A stretch of 64,000 nucleotides of DNA from Phaeosaccion multiseriatum (GCA_965112735.1 OZ218962.1:248001-312000); one strand, 5' to 3'. Counted from the first letter of the stretch, positions 24,640-40,500 are shown. Program-made: numbers and translations. Notes: generated from the sequence alone by a model not told the origin.

Positions 24640-26475
24640 TCAAGGGCCGTGCTGAGCCTGGCGTAATCTCTGCCTTTCCCGCGCTGCCCTTTTCTGGACC
24701 CTTGCCTTCTCCCTTCCCTCCTCGCCTGCGTCTCTTCTTCTCCTTCTCGCGGCCTCCCTCTTCTTCCGTTGCCGCCTCTCGTGGGCACTCTCACCTTCCC
24801 CGACACCACCCTCTGCAGCAGCAGCCTCTACAGGCGCTATAGCTGCTCCTGCCCCTGATCCTCCCGCTGCCGGCCAGAGTGCTGCGGCTGCTGCTGCCTG
24901 TGCTGGTCCTGCTGCTGCTGCTGCTACTGCTCCCCCTCCTCCTCCTCCTCTCCCTACTCCTCCTCCTCCTCCTCCTCCTCCTCCTCCTCCTCCTCCTCCT
25001 CCTCCTCCTCCTCCTTCTCCTCCTCCTTCTCCTCCTCCTCCTCCTCCTCCTCCTCCTCCTTCTCCTCCTCCTTCTCCTCCTCCTCCTCCTCCTCCTCCTC
25101 CTCCTCCTCCCTCTCCTCCTCCCTCTTCTCCTCCTTCTCCTCCTCCTCCTCCTCCTCCTCCTCCTCCTCCTCCTCCTCCTCCTCCTCCTCCTCCTCCTCC
25201 TCCTCCTCCTCCTCCCACAGCTGATTCTCCTCCTTCTCCCCCCCCCCGCCTCCTCCTCCTCCGCCTCCTGCTGTGGCAGACGTTGTGTCCTGCGTAGCAT
25301 CTCCGCCAAAGTAGTCCTCGCCAAAGTGGTCTCCACCCTCCCCCGCAGCTGGAGCATGATTCTCTGCTCGCTCTTGCCCCTCGATGGCGTCGTAGTCCCC
25401 TTGTGATGCCGAGAGAGTCTGTGCACTGGGCAGAAGCTCCTGCACCCACGCCTTGTCCACACTTCCCGCGGCGGCAGCAGATGGGCCCACTTCCCTCCTA
25501 AGGGGCCGCTGGACACTCTCGAAGAAGGCGCCGCTCCTGAGCTCGTTGTACGCGAGTTCTGCGTGGAAGATAGACTGCAAGTAAGCCTCTGCAGTGGATG
25601 GTATAAGAAACACTCCCATGCGAGCGGCAAGGGTGGCCAGAGAGCCGCCCGCATCTGCCTTGAAGCGATCCCCCACTTCAGGAATCGACGCGCGCATCAA
25701 GGCCACCAATTCCTCTTTTGTGAGCTTCTGAGTTCCTCGAAGCCGCTCCCCTTGTCTCCCCAGACGAGCTGCCAGAAACTCACCTCCCCTGGATGTGCCC
25801 GCCGCCACCTCCTGCACTTGACCAGCAGCACCTCCCGTTGTCACAAGAGACTCGAACACAGGCGAGGTCGGCAGCTGCGCTGGTGATGCAGTGGTGGTAC
25901 TCGCTACTGCGACGTCCGAGCTCTGCACCTCGCATGCCTCCCTTTGCGCCTCCCACGCGTAGTGCATGCCTTGTTGAAGCACAAGGGGTGCAGAACGATC
26001 AAGTACTGTGTACCCCTCCTGCATCCCCTTTGGAACTTGGAGTCCCAGGCGGCCAAGCGAGGCTGCGACTTGCTCAAGCAGCTCGAGGTCGTAGTGGAAC
26101 ACATCAGAGGGGAATCTGCCGAGCTTGCGGAGAGCGTTCATGGAGAAGCGAAAGTCAAACTCGTTGACTATGGCGTCCACCAGCTCCGCGCTTGCCCTCT
26201 TGGACAGAGCAGACAGCACAAGCCTCAAGTGAAGGTGGTACCCCTCCAGCGCAGAGCTCTGGCGCAAGCAGCGGAAAATCGCCAAGCCAGTCTTGGTCGT
26301 CCGCAGATACACATACATCTCCACTCCCGGCCTGTCCGAAAGCCTCCCGGCCATGATGTAGCTCATAGCAGTCTTGAAGATGGCGGCGTGCTTACTGTTG
26401 AAGAAGGGTAGGCCGGTTGAGGGCTCCTTCACGTCTTTGAAGAACGAGTAGACCATGGTGACCCGCTGCGCCAAG
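24640..26475 (-). mobile_element. Zisupton/KDZ-like transposase C-terminal remnant (5'-truncated, disrupted after a poly-Glu tract)
   Basis: STGLPFFN...GRLSDRPGVEMY...GLAIFRCLRQSSALEGYHLHL resembles my recollection of the Zisupton-type RCxRG(S/T)xxLE(S/G)xHxHL motif. A stop at 24954 and a frame change precede an R/K-rich tail. Confidence 0.6.
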
Positions 26476-27254
26476 ACCTATTGAAAATACAAAGTAGGAT
26501 GAAGACAAGGCCAAAATGAGTCAAGGTACTCTAACTCGACTGGACATGTAAGTGAGCAGATCAGGCACTTCTGCAAGCACTGCAGCTTCTTCATTCTCCT
26601 CCATTTTGTCTCTGCTGCTGCTGCTGCTGTTGGGCGGGACAAAATACCTATCTTTGCTTGTAAAACTGCTGCTGCTACTACCAACCTTGCCACCTGCCTG
26701 CCATGAGTAATACTTAGTCCATTACTGCTGCTGGAATGTAGCAGCTACGTTTGCTTAAGAAGCGTTGATCCTCTTTAGTGGAGGGGGAAAACACTGACAA
26801 CGTGGGAAAAGTCGTGGGTACGGACATGGAAAAATCGTGGTTCGACGTGGAAAATCGTGGGTACGGACTCCTCGACATGGTAAAAATGCGCCTCTCCCCG
26901 TTTTTCCAAGCCTCTCCCGGATTCTACCCAGTAAGTCGCCATCTGAAGGCTGTGTTAACCCCCTCGGGGAGCTCCCCCGAACGCGACCGAGGCTGTGCTC
27001 GCAATCCCTCCACCTCCCCCCCTTTCTTCCCTGCTTACTCTTGGTGGAGAGAAGCAATCTACGCGTACTGTGGGACGCAAGAGCTGCGGGTCAGAGCGAG
27101 ATTGCTGGGAACGGAGCCGGTTTGGGTCGGGTCGTGCAAAAGACTGGAGGAATACAGAACAGGGGAGGAAGAGGGAGATAAGGAGGTGGCAACAGAAGGG
27201 GTGGGGCTATAGCCAGAAGCAGGAGGAGCACGAGGCGTAGCCGCGGCGGGGACC

Positions 27255-30232
<2,978 letters not shown>

Positions 30233-32095
30233 GAAGAGTCCAATGGAGTGATTGATTTTGACGAGGGTGAGGCGCCATTTCCATCTCCAGTGTCGTTGTC
30301 GCCGTTTGCCCCCCTCCGCGCTATTGGTGACATTGCCGCTTCGCTTGGGGTCTGTGGAGGTGACACTGACACACGGGCGAGAGTCGCAGATGGCGAACGG
30401 ACAGAGGAATGGACGGGCTTTGCTTTGCATTGCTTTGCTTGTCAAGAAGCCGGGCGGGTTGTTAAAAGAGTTACGAGCGGAGGATAGTCTTGATGACGAC
30501 CATTTACGATCTTCGGCGAGAAGGGGCATCATCAAGGGACGGCGAGCTGTGGGAAAGAGGGGATAGAGGAGGAGGAGAAGGAGAAGGAAGGGCCCTGAGT
30601 AGCGGGCGGTGGCAGCGGTGGCAGCGTTGGCAGCGGTGGCAGCGGCGGCAGCTGGAAGGGGAAGGGGAAGGGGAAGAGTAAAGCCGAGACCGTGTTGTAC
30701 AATTGTGATGACGGACACAACCCATCGGCCATCTGCTGTGGTTTTTGGTGTGGGGAGGGTAGGGGTTGTGGTGGTTCTTTATGTGTGAAAGCGTAGGAGG
30801 AGGAAAGGGGTTAGTTAGTTAGTAAGTCAAGTGGAAGGGAAAGGGGAGACGGCAGGCGTCTATTCTCGGTGGAGGTAAATTGTTACGCGCTCCGGGGAGG
30901 CAGCCACAGAGGCCGTGTGGGGGTCATCGGCTGGGCCGTATCACCAACTGCTGGGGCGGGGGCTTGCGCTTGTCGTGGGCAGGTAATGTCTCTAGGAGAA
31001 GAAGTATATACTACGTATCACTACGTATCACATCTTTTCCGCCCTTTCTGCTACTCCTGTTCTTATCACCCGAAGGTATGGGCCTGTACCGGGCGGCACC
31101 ATTTGCCCCTATGCCCTGCCCATACGCCTTGCCCATACGCCTTTGCCTGATGGGGACGCCGAGGGCCTCCCCTCCGCCGCGCAACACCAACACTGTTCTC
31201 CGTACCGACGGCCCCCACCCGACCGGGGCACCCTCCCGCACCGCACTCAACCTCTCGCTCTCTCTCTCGAGGCTCGAGGCTCCCTTCACTGAGTTGGGGT
31301 GTGTGTGTGTGTGTACCCAAAGGAGAAGGAAGTCCTCGCCCTCTCCTCTGCTAGTACCCCGGGGGGAGGGTTACCACACAAATGTTCAAGAGCACCCTGA
31401 AAGTCAGCAGAGCGGCAGCACTGCCCATCGGCCATCAGCTCTGCTCTCTACCCATATGATGCCTGATTACTGTGAAGTGTCAGCTCTGCTCTGCTCTGCC
31501 CACACACACGGTGCTACATTCCTGTCGGGCAGAAGGGGGCTTCGAATCACCCGACAGGGGCCGCTGCCTCTCCCCCCCCCCCCCGTCCTCCTCCTCCTCC
31601 TCCTCCTCCTCCTCCTCCTCCTCCTCCTCCTCCTCATCCGCAGCAGCAGTGCAGGCTCGTTCCAGCAGAGTCCCTCTTTAGACAGACAGGAGCAGACGAG
31701 GAGATTCCATGGACAGGAGAGCTTGTCAGTCCTCCTGTCGCCTCCCTCGACTCGAAAGGAAGGAAGAAGCATGCCCCCCCCCCCGTCTCTGCCGCTGTTG
31801 CTGAGCTGCAGTTGGATCGATTGAATCCAGCCCCGCCCTTGCGATGGGACGTTACGGCATGCTGCAAGTCCCCCTCCGAGCTGGCCCCGCTCCGCCATTG
31901 ATGAGCGTGGGCAGAGAGAAAGCGACGGTAAGCTGCCTCCTTTCTGCCTCCCGTCCCTTCCCTTCCCTTTCCTTCGTTGATTGGGCGAGCAGCACTGTAC
32001 CTAACCTACAGTGCTGCTGCTCTCCTTTATTAGGTACAGTGGTGCTGCTCTCCTTCTGGTGAGGAAGAGGCCGTACTCTGAGCACTGTACCTAAC

Positions 32096-33681
32096 CTACA
32101 GTGGTGCTGCTCTCCTTCTGATTAGGAAGAGGCCGAACTCTGAGCCTCTGTGCTCCGTAGCGCATGCCGTGTCTGGAACCTTGTAATATTCGAACCCGGC
32201 CTGAGCAGGGAGGGGAGGAGAGAGGGGGTGGGTGGGTATATATATACAGAGGGAGAGAGGAGGAGACGGAGAGAGAGAGGTGGAAGCGGAGAGAAAGAGA
32301 AGGAGGAGAAGGAGAGAGAGAATAGGAGAGGAGAAGCAGCTCAGGCCAGAGCAGCAAATACACGCCCCCCTCTATTCCGCTGCTGCCCAACACGTCTAGC
32401 GGACCGCGCACCTCCTCGAGTAAGTCGAAGAAGTCTATGCCTGTGTCCAGGCGCGTGATGCCGAGCAGGATGAGCGTGGACAAGGAGGAGAGGTCTCCGA
32501 GGGCCTTCACCAGAGGCTTGTGCAGGCTGGGCACGCACGCACACCCACATACACACACATGCACACATGCACAACCAAAGAGGGACGATGAACACGCATA
32601 CAAAGGTAATGGCGGTAAGAGGGGGCGAGATGAGGGAGGTGTGCAGAAGAACAGGTCGGGGAAACGCGACATGAAGGCCTTCCCTGCGGCTGCTGCTGCT
32701 GCTGCTGCTGCTGCGGTCCCTTCACCCTGGGGACCCCCCCCCTCCACCCAAGCGACACCACCTGCTATAGTAGGCCAAGTCGGCGCCGAGGATGAGGTCG
32801 AAGGGCCCCTTCTCTACAAGAGGGGCATGATCTTGGCCCCAGTCGTAAGCACTCGCGATGACGGAGCAGCCTAATGGGATGTAGAGGTGTGCACAACGAG
32901 CAAGCAAGCAGCCTTAGCCCTCTCTCCCTCCCCCCCAACCATGTGCCTCCATAGGCCTTCCTTCCCATGTTAGCTCACGTGAAGAAGGGGTAGACGCAGC
33001 TGACCTAAGCTATGAGCGATGTCTACGTACCTTCGGGGGTGTCTTGCGCGTTCTCCTCAATGTTGCGCTGAATGATGCCGATGTGGGAAGGGAGGTCTGT
33101 GATGAACACTTCCGCAGGAGGCCCGTAGCGAGAGGCAGCAAGGCCCGCCAGACCAGTGCCTGTGAGGGTGGCGTGGCGTACACGGGAGGGAGGTGGGAGA
33201 GGCAGGGAGGCAACATTCCTGAAGTTTCACGGGATGGGTTGGATTGAAAAATGCCTGACTGCTGACCCACCGCTGCCGAGCTCGAGAACTCTCTTGCCCC
33301 TGAGCAGCGGGGCGTAAGTGCTTTCCTGCAGGCCCAGGTGCTGGCAAACCTGTTGAGGAGGGGCGGGAGGGGAGGGAGAGGGGGAGGGAAAACATGATGC
33401 AATCTACTCCTTTCACGCCCCCGCATGTACGCCATTCCAAAGGACTCCCGATCACTTGCCTGCTTCCCAGTTGTCCACAGCCCCCCTCCGATACCCACGC
33501 TCCAATCTGCTCAAGGGAAACGACAGGTGAAGAGGGAGGGGAAAGTGGGAAAAGCGGGCTGGCTGTGGAGTGAGGGTGGTCAACGCACCAACTCACCTAT
33601 ACAGAGCCTTAGAGGGGGCCTGTTGACGAGCTCTAGCACTTCATACTCTACTTTCGCTTCTTCGCCTGGATTTGTTGTCAT
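32096..33681 (-). CDS. Methyltransferase family 16 (METTL21-like protein-lysine methyltransferase); multi-exon, includes a GC-AG intron
   Basis: Spliced product RLCIDWSVGIGGGLWTTGKQVCQHL...GKRVLELGSGTGLAGLAA...VFITDLPSHIGIIQRNIEEN...YDWG...FDLILGADLAYY...FGLFLIRRRAAPL*. Confidence 0.85.
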
Positions 33682-34544
33682 TTTGCTCTGCGTGCTCTCT
33701 TTTTTTGTCCTCTTGACTCACTCTGTGACTGCCAGGCTATGCGTGTTGGTGATACTCTGTACTTCGAAGTACGTCGAAAGATCACAGGTACTACCCTAAA
33801 GCTTTTGCTCTCAAGCGCCTCAAGGCCGTTTTACGTCGAGGAGCTGCGGGAGCAGTAGCCGCGGTCATCGGAGACCCGGAGCAGCAGAGGATGCATCCTC
33901 ACCAGCAGCGGCATCAGCAGCGCAGGAGGAGCAGAGCGCAATCTCGAGAGTCCGACGGTGGTCAAGGCAAGCAGACACAGACAGACTCTTTCGCCCTTGG
34001 CTCTAACACTCTAACCTCCCCCCCCCCCGCCTCTCCCTACAATCTGGTCGCTTATGACCCACCCTCTCCCTCCATACTACCTTTCACCTCCGCTTATTGC
34101 ATGCTCTTCTGTAACGCTCATCTGCTCCTCGTTCTGTCTCTGCCCTCCCCTTTTCTCGCATGAGAGGCGAGCCAATTGGATTGACCTTGGTCGCGACTCA
34201 TTAACGCATTCCTCAAGGGACTGTAGAGGGACTACGTAGCAGGGGCTTCGGCCGTAAGAGACACTCTTCTCAAAACGCTCTGTATTATAGATTGCCGCAC
34301 ATACAGACGATGTGCGTACAAAGTACAGCGACCTTGGCACCACTCATACTTAATACAAGACAGGCGGTTATAACGTTATAACATACTTACACCTCCACTC
34401 TCTGCCGAAGGCCCGAGATGGAGAGGTCGAGAGGTCCAGGGCCAGCTCCTGCTTGTCACGATCATTGCCCGCATGCAGACGTATGTTGCGTGCTGCAGCG
34501 ACCTCGGCACTACCCAAACAAACCCACCAGGTCAATGAGCACGT

Positions 34545-34994
34545 CTACTTCTTCTTCCCCGAGGCCTCGAGGTGAGAATTCCAGCTCCGGTGGGTGAGGT
34601 ACGCCAAGAGAGGGTCCAGTACAAAGAAGGCCGCACAAATCTCTGGTCGCACCCCTTGATAAAAGCATGACGCCATCAGCGGAGGGACGAGCACCATCCG
34701 ACCGAACACAGTGGACGCCACGAAGGACTCCGAGTTGGACTTGGCCCCACATATGTAAAAATATCCAATGACGCCTACGGCCACGCCTAGGATGCGAACC
34801 ACGGCCGTCTCCTCCTCCGTGAATGGCGTCTGCATGAACAGGGCTGCGTTGAGCAGCGAAGGGCTCACGTGTTTTATGAGGCCCATGCAAACGTACAGCA
34901 CGCCCTGCAATCTCAGGAAGCGATGGGTTGGGGTCAGTGCTTCTGTTGTTGCCGGCCCGAGTGCCCCACGGAACATATCGAGAAGGGACGGCAT
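34545..34994 (-). CDS. Small uncharacterised membrane protein (about 4 TM helices)
   Basis: Clean ORF with hydrophobic segments QGVLYVCMGLI, VRILGVAVGVIGYFYICGA, STVFGRMVLVPPLMA and AAFFVLDPLLAYLT. The start may extend upstream or to an upstream exon. Confidence 0.6.
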   Translation of the reverse strand: MPSLLDMFRGALGPATTEALTPTHRFLRLQGVLYVCMGLIKHVSPSLLNAALFMQTPFTEEETAVVRILGVAVGVIGYFYICGAKSNSESFVASTVFGRMVLVPPLMASCFYQGVRPEICAAFFVLDPLLAYLTHRSWNSHLEASGKKK

Positions 34995-36689
34995 GTCGTC
35001 GTCGTCTGGCTCGCCTAGATAACCGGGGGGCGAAAAGATACGATTCAGATGTCTTCCTGTCAAGAGTGTAGGAAAAGATGGGGAGTGGAGGGAGGGGAAA
35101 GAGAGTTCAAGGAGGGGAAGGGGCCGAGTGGGAATTTATTGACTTACAGGAATCAACTTGAGAGAGAGCTACATATGGTATTGTATGTGTCCAAGAAATG
35201 TATAGACCCCGTTCGTCTGAGGCTGAATATGTGGAATATTCTCCTCTTTGACAGGGAATATTCTGGAATATGTACGGCATACACGGCGCCGTGGAAGCAT
35301 GTTCTTCTAGACCTTTTCAGTCCACTGCGTCCTGACACCCGATACTACCCATGTGCCTTCGTCTCGTGTGCTCACTCACTCAGCCAAAACTCATTGCTCA
35401 ATACTTATACTTGTTTATTTTGTGTAAAGGGGGGTACATGGTAATTTCCAGGGGGTGCCAAAGCAGGGCGGGCGGACGCGTCTACTTCGCCCTTACTCCC
35501 ATCCACCCCGTTGGATTCCCGATAATCCCACTCGCCCCCCCGGGCCGGGAGGGTGGGGAAACTTTTGCTGTCGCTGCCAGCCCCTTCTACGCGGTGGACT
35601 GCTGGGCTGCCCCCTTCGCTGTCTTCCTCACCGCGCTGAGCTCTTCGGCACTTGCTACAACTCTTGCGACGCTGTACTCGCGTCGCCTCCTCTTTCCACA
35701 GTTGTGAATGCTAGATTCTTGCTATACCCCGGTGGGATGAGCGTCTTACGTGGCCGTGCGGGCCGTTGGGCCCTCGCGTCAGTCGGCGCGGCCTATCCTT
35801 GCCTCCATCCGATCAGTGCCTGTCCTCCCCTACCTGAAAATACGTTTTTCGCTCTATCGACTCGTAAACTCGTGCTGTTCGAAAAACTACTTTTTCTTTT
35901 GTTTATATTCGTTTCTTTTATGGTCAATATACTCTATATCCAATCCCCCCTCGTACTGGCTACCTGGCCATACGCCACCCCTCCTCTATGCCTCTTTCCT
36001 ATGTATCCCACCTTGTCCTCTTAGAAGTTGTCCCAATTATAAACCGACTCCGTGCGGGAGGCCTCATCGCTCCTTCTGCTGCTGATGATGGTGCCCCTGC
36101 TGCTGCTCCCAGAGCTGGCTTCATCCTCCTCTTCTTCCTCAGACCCTGACCCTGTACCGTATACCGGACCTTCCTGATCCTGATCGTGACCCTGTCTCTG
36201 ACAAGCCTCTCGTCGTCGCTGTCATCATGACCATGGCCGGCCAGTGGTCCACACCGTCAAGAGGTCAGTGTCCCGTGCAGTCGATGTGGTGCCCCTCAAG
36301 GCCGACGGCACGATTCGATAGGAAGGTGACCAAATGAAAACAGGCACTCTGCTTCCCCCTTTGAAGTAGGAGCGCTTAGCCCGGGCAACCGCCTGCCATT
36401 GTCGGACGCCATAACCACAAGTGTGTTGGTGAGACTCGCTTCGGAAGTCAGTACATCCGTCATCAATTTGATGCTCACTGAGAGGAAGGGGGAAAGCAGG
36501 GATGGGGGGGGGCAGGGCAGCAGGGCAGCAGGGCGGAGGGAGGGGAGTAGGGCATTCATTGGTTGGATGCGGGGTAAGTCAGTCAGGCAGGTAATCAGGC
36601 AGTCGGGCAGTCCGTCAGCCGGGTAGTCAAGCAGTCGGACAGGTAGGCAGTGAGGCAGTGAGGAAGTCAGGTAGTAAGGCAGTGGAGAC

Positions 36690-37330
36690 TAGGATGTGCC
36701 AAGAGTGGAGGATGAGAAACGCCGCGCGAGACAAATGGCGCGAGACTCCGCCCACAGGAAGGAAAGGGACGAGGGTATGGTGCTATCGAGCAAGGGCATC
36801 ATCACTTGCAGCCGCCACAGCAGCTGCACAAAACCAAACAGCAGAAGGTGCAGAGAGCCAAGACGACCACCGTGTATCCAGTCTCTCATCGCTCAATGCT
36901 TGTGCAAGAGGCACCACGACACAGCACAACAAGAGTCAGATGTGGACGATGGCAAAGCGAGGGCGTGCTCACACACAGAGCCCCACCTACCTTTGGCAAA
37001 GCTGCCAAGGACTTGTGCATGTCATTTCGGAGCTTGTCCAGCACCACGAGCTGCTGGTACGAGAGAACGAAACTCAAAGAGTCGAATATTCTGGCTCTGA
37101 GCTCGTCCACTTCGAAGCAGTAGGGTGAAGAAGCGATCGAGGAGAAAGACGGAAGTGAACATCATTTGCTGCTGCCGCGCCTCCTCCTCGTCAACAATTT
37201 CCTTCAGTGTGTTTGCGTGCTGCTCGTAGAAGATCGCGCGCCGCTCTCTCTCCCGCTCCCCCGCAAACGAACTCAACTCATGCGGCAGCTCACATGGGAT
37301 GTATTCTTCGATCGATACTGATTATCATTT
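36690..37330 (-). pseudogene. Degraded gene fragments on the minus strand, duplicated at about 42740-43590
   Basis: Frameshifted coding-like segments IEEYxPCELP.ELSS...EIVDEEEARQQQM / YCFEVDELRARIFDSLSFVLSYQQLVVLDKLRNDMHKSLAALPK followed by a GTAGG donor. The two copies carry different lesions. Confidence 0.4.
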
Positions 37331-37539
37331 GGAAGATCAGGTAAGCTAATGAATTTGAAACTGTAATTTTTCTGGAAGGCTGTATTCTCACAAGGGCGCC
37401 GAAAAAAAGCCTAGAGGGAATGGAATGGACCTGAGATGTGAGATGTTGGGCCCGAAACCAAGTCGAGAGGGAAAGAGCCCGCGAGCTCACCACATTCATT
37501 TCCATCAAAGCAGCCAGAGTCAGAACGGGAGTGTGAAAT

Positions 37540-40500
37540 ATGTGCCCAACAGACCGGCAACGGGGACAGGAACTGTCGCAGAGACAAGCTGCAGCTCGGG
37601 AACGGGCACAGGAACAGGCGCAGAGAGAAATTGCAGCTCGGCAACGGCAACGGGCACAGGAACTGTTGCAGAGACAAGATACCGCTCGGCAACGGGCACA
37701 GGAACAGGAGCAGCCACGGCGGGCACAGGAACAGGCGCAGAGAGAGATTGCAGCTCGGCAACAGCAACGGGCACAGGAACTGTTGCAGAGACGACAAGAT
37801 ACCGCTCGGCAACGGGCACAGGAACAGAAGCAGCTACGGCGGGCACAGGAACAGGCGGAGAGAGAAGCTCAGGCGGAGAGAGAAGCTGCCGCTCGGCAAC
37901 GGGCACAGGAAAAGGTGGAGAGAGAAGCTGCCGCTCGGCAACGGGCACAGGAACAGGCACAGAGACAAGCTGCAGCTCTGCAAGAGCAGGAGGCTGCTGA
38001 GAGGGAGGCTAGGGAGCGGCTCAGAGCAGAGGAGCTACAGCGGGCACAGGAACAGGAGCAGCTACGGCGGGCACAGGAAGAGGCGGAGAGAGCTGCCGCT
38101 CTGCAACGGGCACAGGAACAGGAGCAACTACGGCGGGCACAGGAACAGGCGGAGAGAGAAGCTGCCGCTCGGCAACGGGCACAGGAACAGGCACAGAGAC
38201 AAGCTGCAGCTCTGCAAGAGCAGGAGGCTGCTGAGAGGGAGGCTAGGGAGCGGCTCAGAGCAGAGGAGCTACAGCGGGCACAGGAACAGGAGCAGCTACG
38301 GCGGGCACAGGAAGAGGCGGAGAGACAAGCTGCCGCTCGGCAACGGGCACAGGAACAGGAGCAGCTACGGCGGGCACAGGAACAGGCGGAGAGAGCTGCC
38401 GCTCTGCAACGGGCACAGGAACAGGAGCAACTACGGCGGGCACAGGAACAGGCGGAGAGAGAAGCTGCCGCTCGGCAACGGGCACAGGAACTGCTGCGGA
38501 GACAAGCTGCCGCTCGGCAACGGGCACAGGAACAGGAGCAGCTACGGCGGGCACAGGAACAGGCGGAGAGAGCTGCCGCTCTGCAACGGGCACAGGAACA
38601 GGAGCAACTACGGCGGGCACAGGAACAGGCGGAGAGAGAAGCTGCCGCTCGGCAACGGGCACAGGAAAAGGTGGAGAGAGAAGCTGCCGCTCGGCAACGG
38701 GCACAGGAACAGGAGCAGCTACGGCGGGCACAGGAACAGGCGGAGAGAGCTGCCGCTCTGCAACGGGCACAGGAACAGGAGCAACTACGGCGGGCACAGG
38801 AACAGGCGGAGAGAGAAGCTGCCGCTCGGCAACGGGCACAGGAACAGGCACAGAGACAAGCTGCAGCTCTGCAAGAGCAGGAGGCTGCTGAGAGGGAGGC
38901 TAGGGAGCGGCTCAGAGCAGAGGAGCTACAGCGGGCACAGGAACAGGAGCAGCTACGGCGGGCACAGGAAGAGGCGGAGAGACAAGCTGCCGCTCGGCAA
39001 CGGGCACAGGAACAGGAGCAGCTACGGCGGGCACAGGAACAGGCGGAGAGAGCTGCCGCTCTGCAACGGGCACAGGAACAGGAGCAACTACGGCGGGCAC
39101 AGGAACAGGCGGAGAGAGAAGCTGCCGCTCGGCAACGGGCACAGGAACTGCTGCGGAGACAAGCTGCCGCTCGGCAACGGGCACAGGAACAGGCGGAGAG
39201 AGAAGCTGCCGCTCGGCAACGGGCACAGGAAGAGGCGGAGAGACAAGCTGCCGCTCGGCAACGGGCACAGGAACAGGAGCAGCTACGGCGGGCACAGGAA
39301 GAGGCGGAGAGAGAAGCTGCCGCTCGGCAACGGGCACAGGAACAGGAGCAACTACGGCGGGCACAGGAACAGGCGGAGAGAGAAGCTGCCGCTCGGCAAC
39401 GGGCACAGGAACTGCTGCGGAGACAAGCTGCCGCTCGGCAACGGGCACAGGAACAGGCGGAGAGAGAAGCTGCCGCTCGGCAACGGGCACAGGAAGAGGT
39501 GGAGAGAGAAGCTGCCGCTCGGCAAGCAGCGGAGGAGCGCGCCCAGCAGGCGGTGAGTACTGCCGTTTCAGCACGCTTCTCATGGGGTTGCACGGAGCAC
39601 CTGTACTAACTCAACCTCCGCACCCTCCTCCTCACTCTCTTCCACACTGTCCCGTACGATAGGAGGAGCTTCTTGAGCAAGAGCGCGCGAATACCGCCGC
39701 TGCTGCTGGCCCTGTCGTCGTCGGCCTGAATGCGCGCGCGCACACACACACGAGTGAGTCAGAGCTGGACGAGTTGCAGGCAGACGCGGAGAGTGGCGAG
39801 CAAGCTCAAGTGGCGAGTGACGCCTTACTCGAGCAACAACAGAGGAGGTGGGTTAGTAGAGTGATAGCGTGTTGAGGACCCATAGAGCATAGCCACACCC
39901 TTTGTCGACCGAGCCGAGCTGCTGATGGGTGCAAAGCGCTGAGTTGAAGTGCGTGCGTCGCTCGTGGGCAGGTCCTGCTGCTTGTGCCTGGATGAAGACT
40001 GCAACGCTCTCAGAGGTATGGAGTGCAGCCCCGAGCAGGAAGAGGGGGCAGACGGCGCCAAGCACTTTGTCTGCGGCGATTGCATTCCTCGAGCCATCGA
40101 GGCCGCCGCCGCCGACGCCGCAGCAGGGAGGGGGGCGGGCTTGCGTGGGCTGGCCTGCCCAATCGCTGGCTGCACCAGTCGCCCCTTCACATCGCACGAC
40201 TTTCCGCGGGAAGGTCTTTCTGAGGCCGCTGTACACCGGTACGAGGACATGCTCGCGAGTAGGGTGCAGGCCGCCACGATCGAAGAGCTTGAGCAGCAGT
40301 TCCAAGCACGTCTGCAAGGCCTTCGCGATGAGCTCAGCGCCGAGGTGAGCAAACAACAAATCGAGAATCAAACGGCTCCCCTTTTGAGATGGTTCTGAGT
40401 TGGTATGCATCAGTCTCCGAGATTAGCACTGCTATGGGTGCAACAAATCTGTGGAGGACCAGCGCAGTGCTCTCTAGTGTGGGTCGATCGGTCGGTAGAG

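Noticed and set aside
26778-27212. 144-aa plus-strand ORF upstream of Rab1A
   Set aside because: It has a non-ATG start, overlaps a repeat block and the probable Rab1A promoter/5' UTR, and has no domain.
30869-31900. 314-aa plus-strand ORF and neighbours
   Set aside because: Low complexity, no recognisable domain, and no consistent splice model.
35351-36300. Possible transposon or gene remnant (minus-strand SCSKCR-containing frame)
   Set aside because: Too short and too disrupted to support a call.
37631-39593. Long alternative-frame and antisense ORFs over the RAQE array
   Set aside because: They lack stops only because the repeat cassettes do. Only the RAQE frame splices in frame to the downstream exons.
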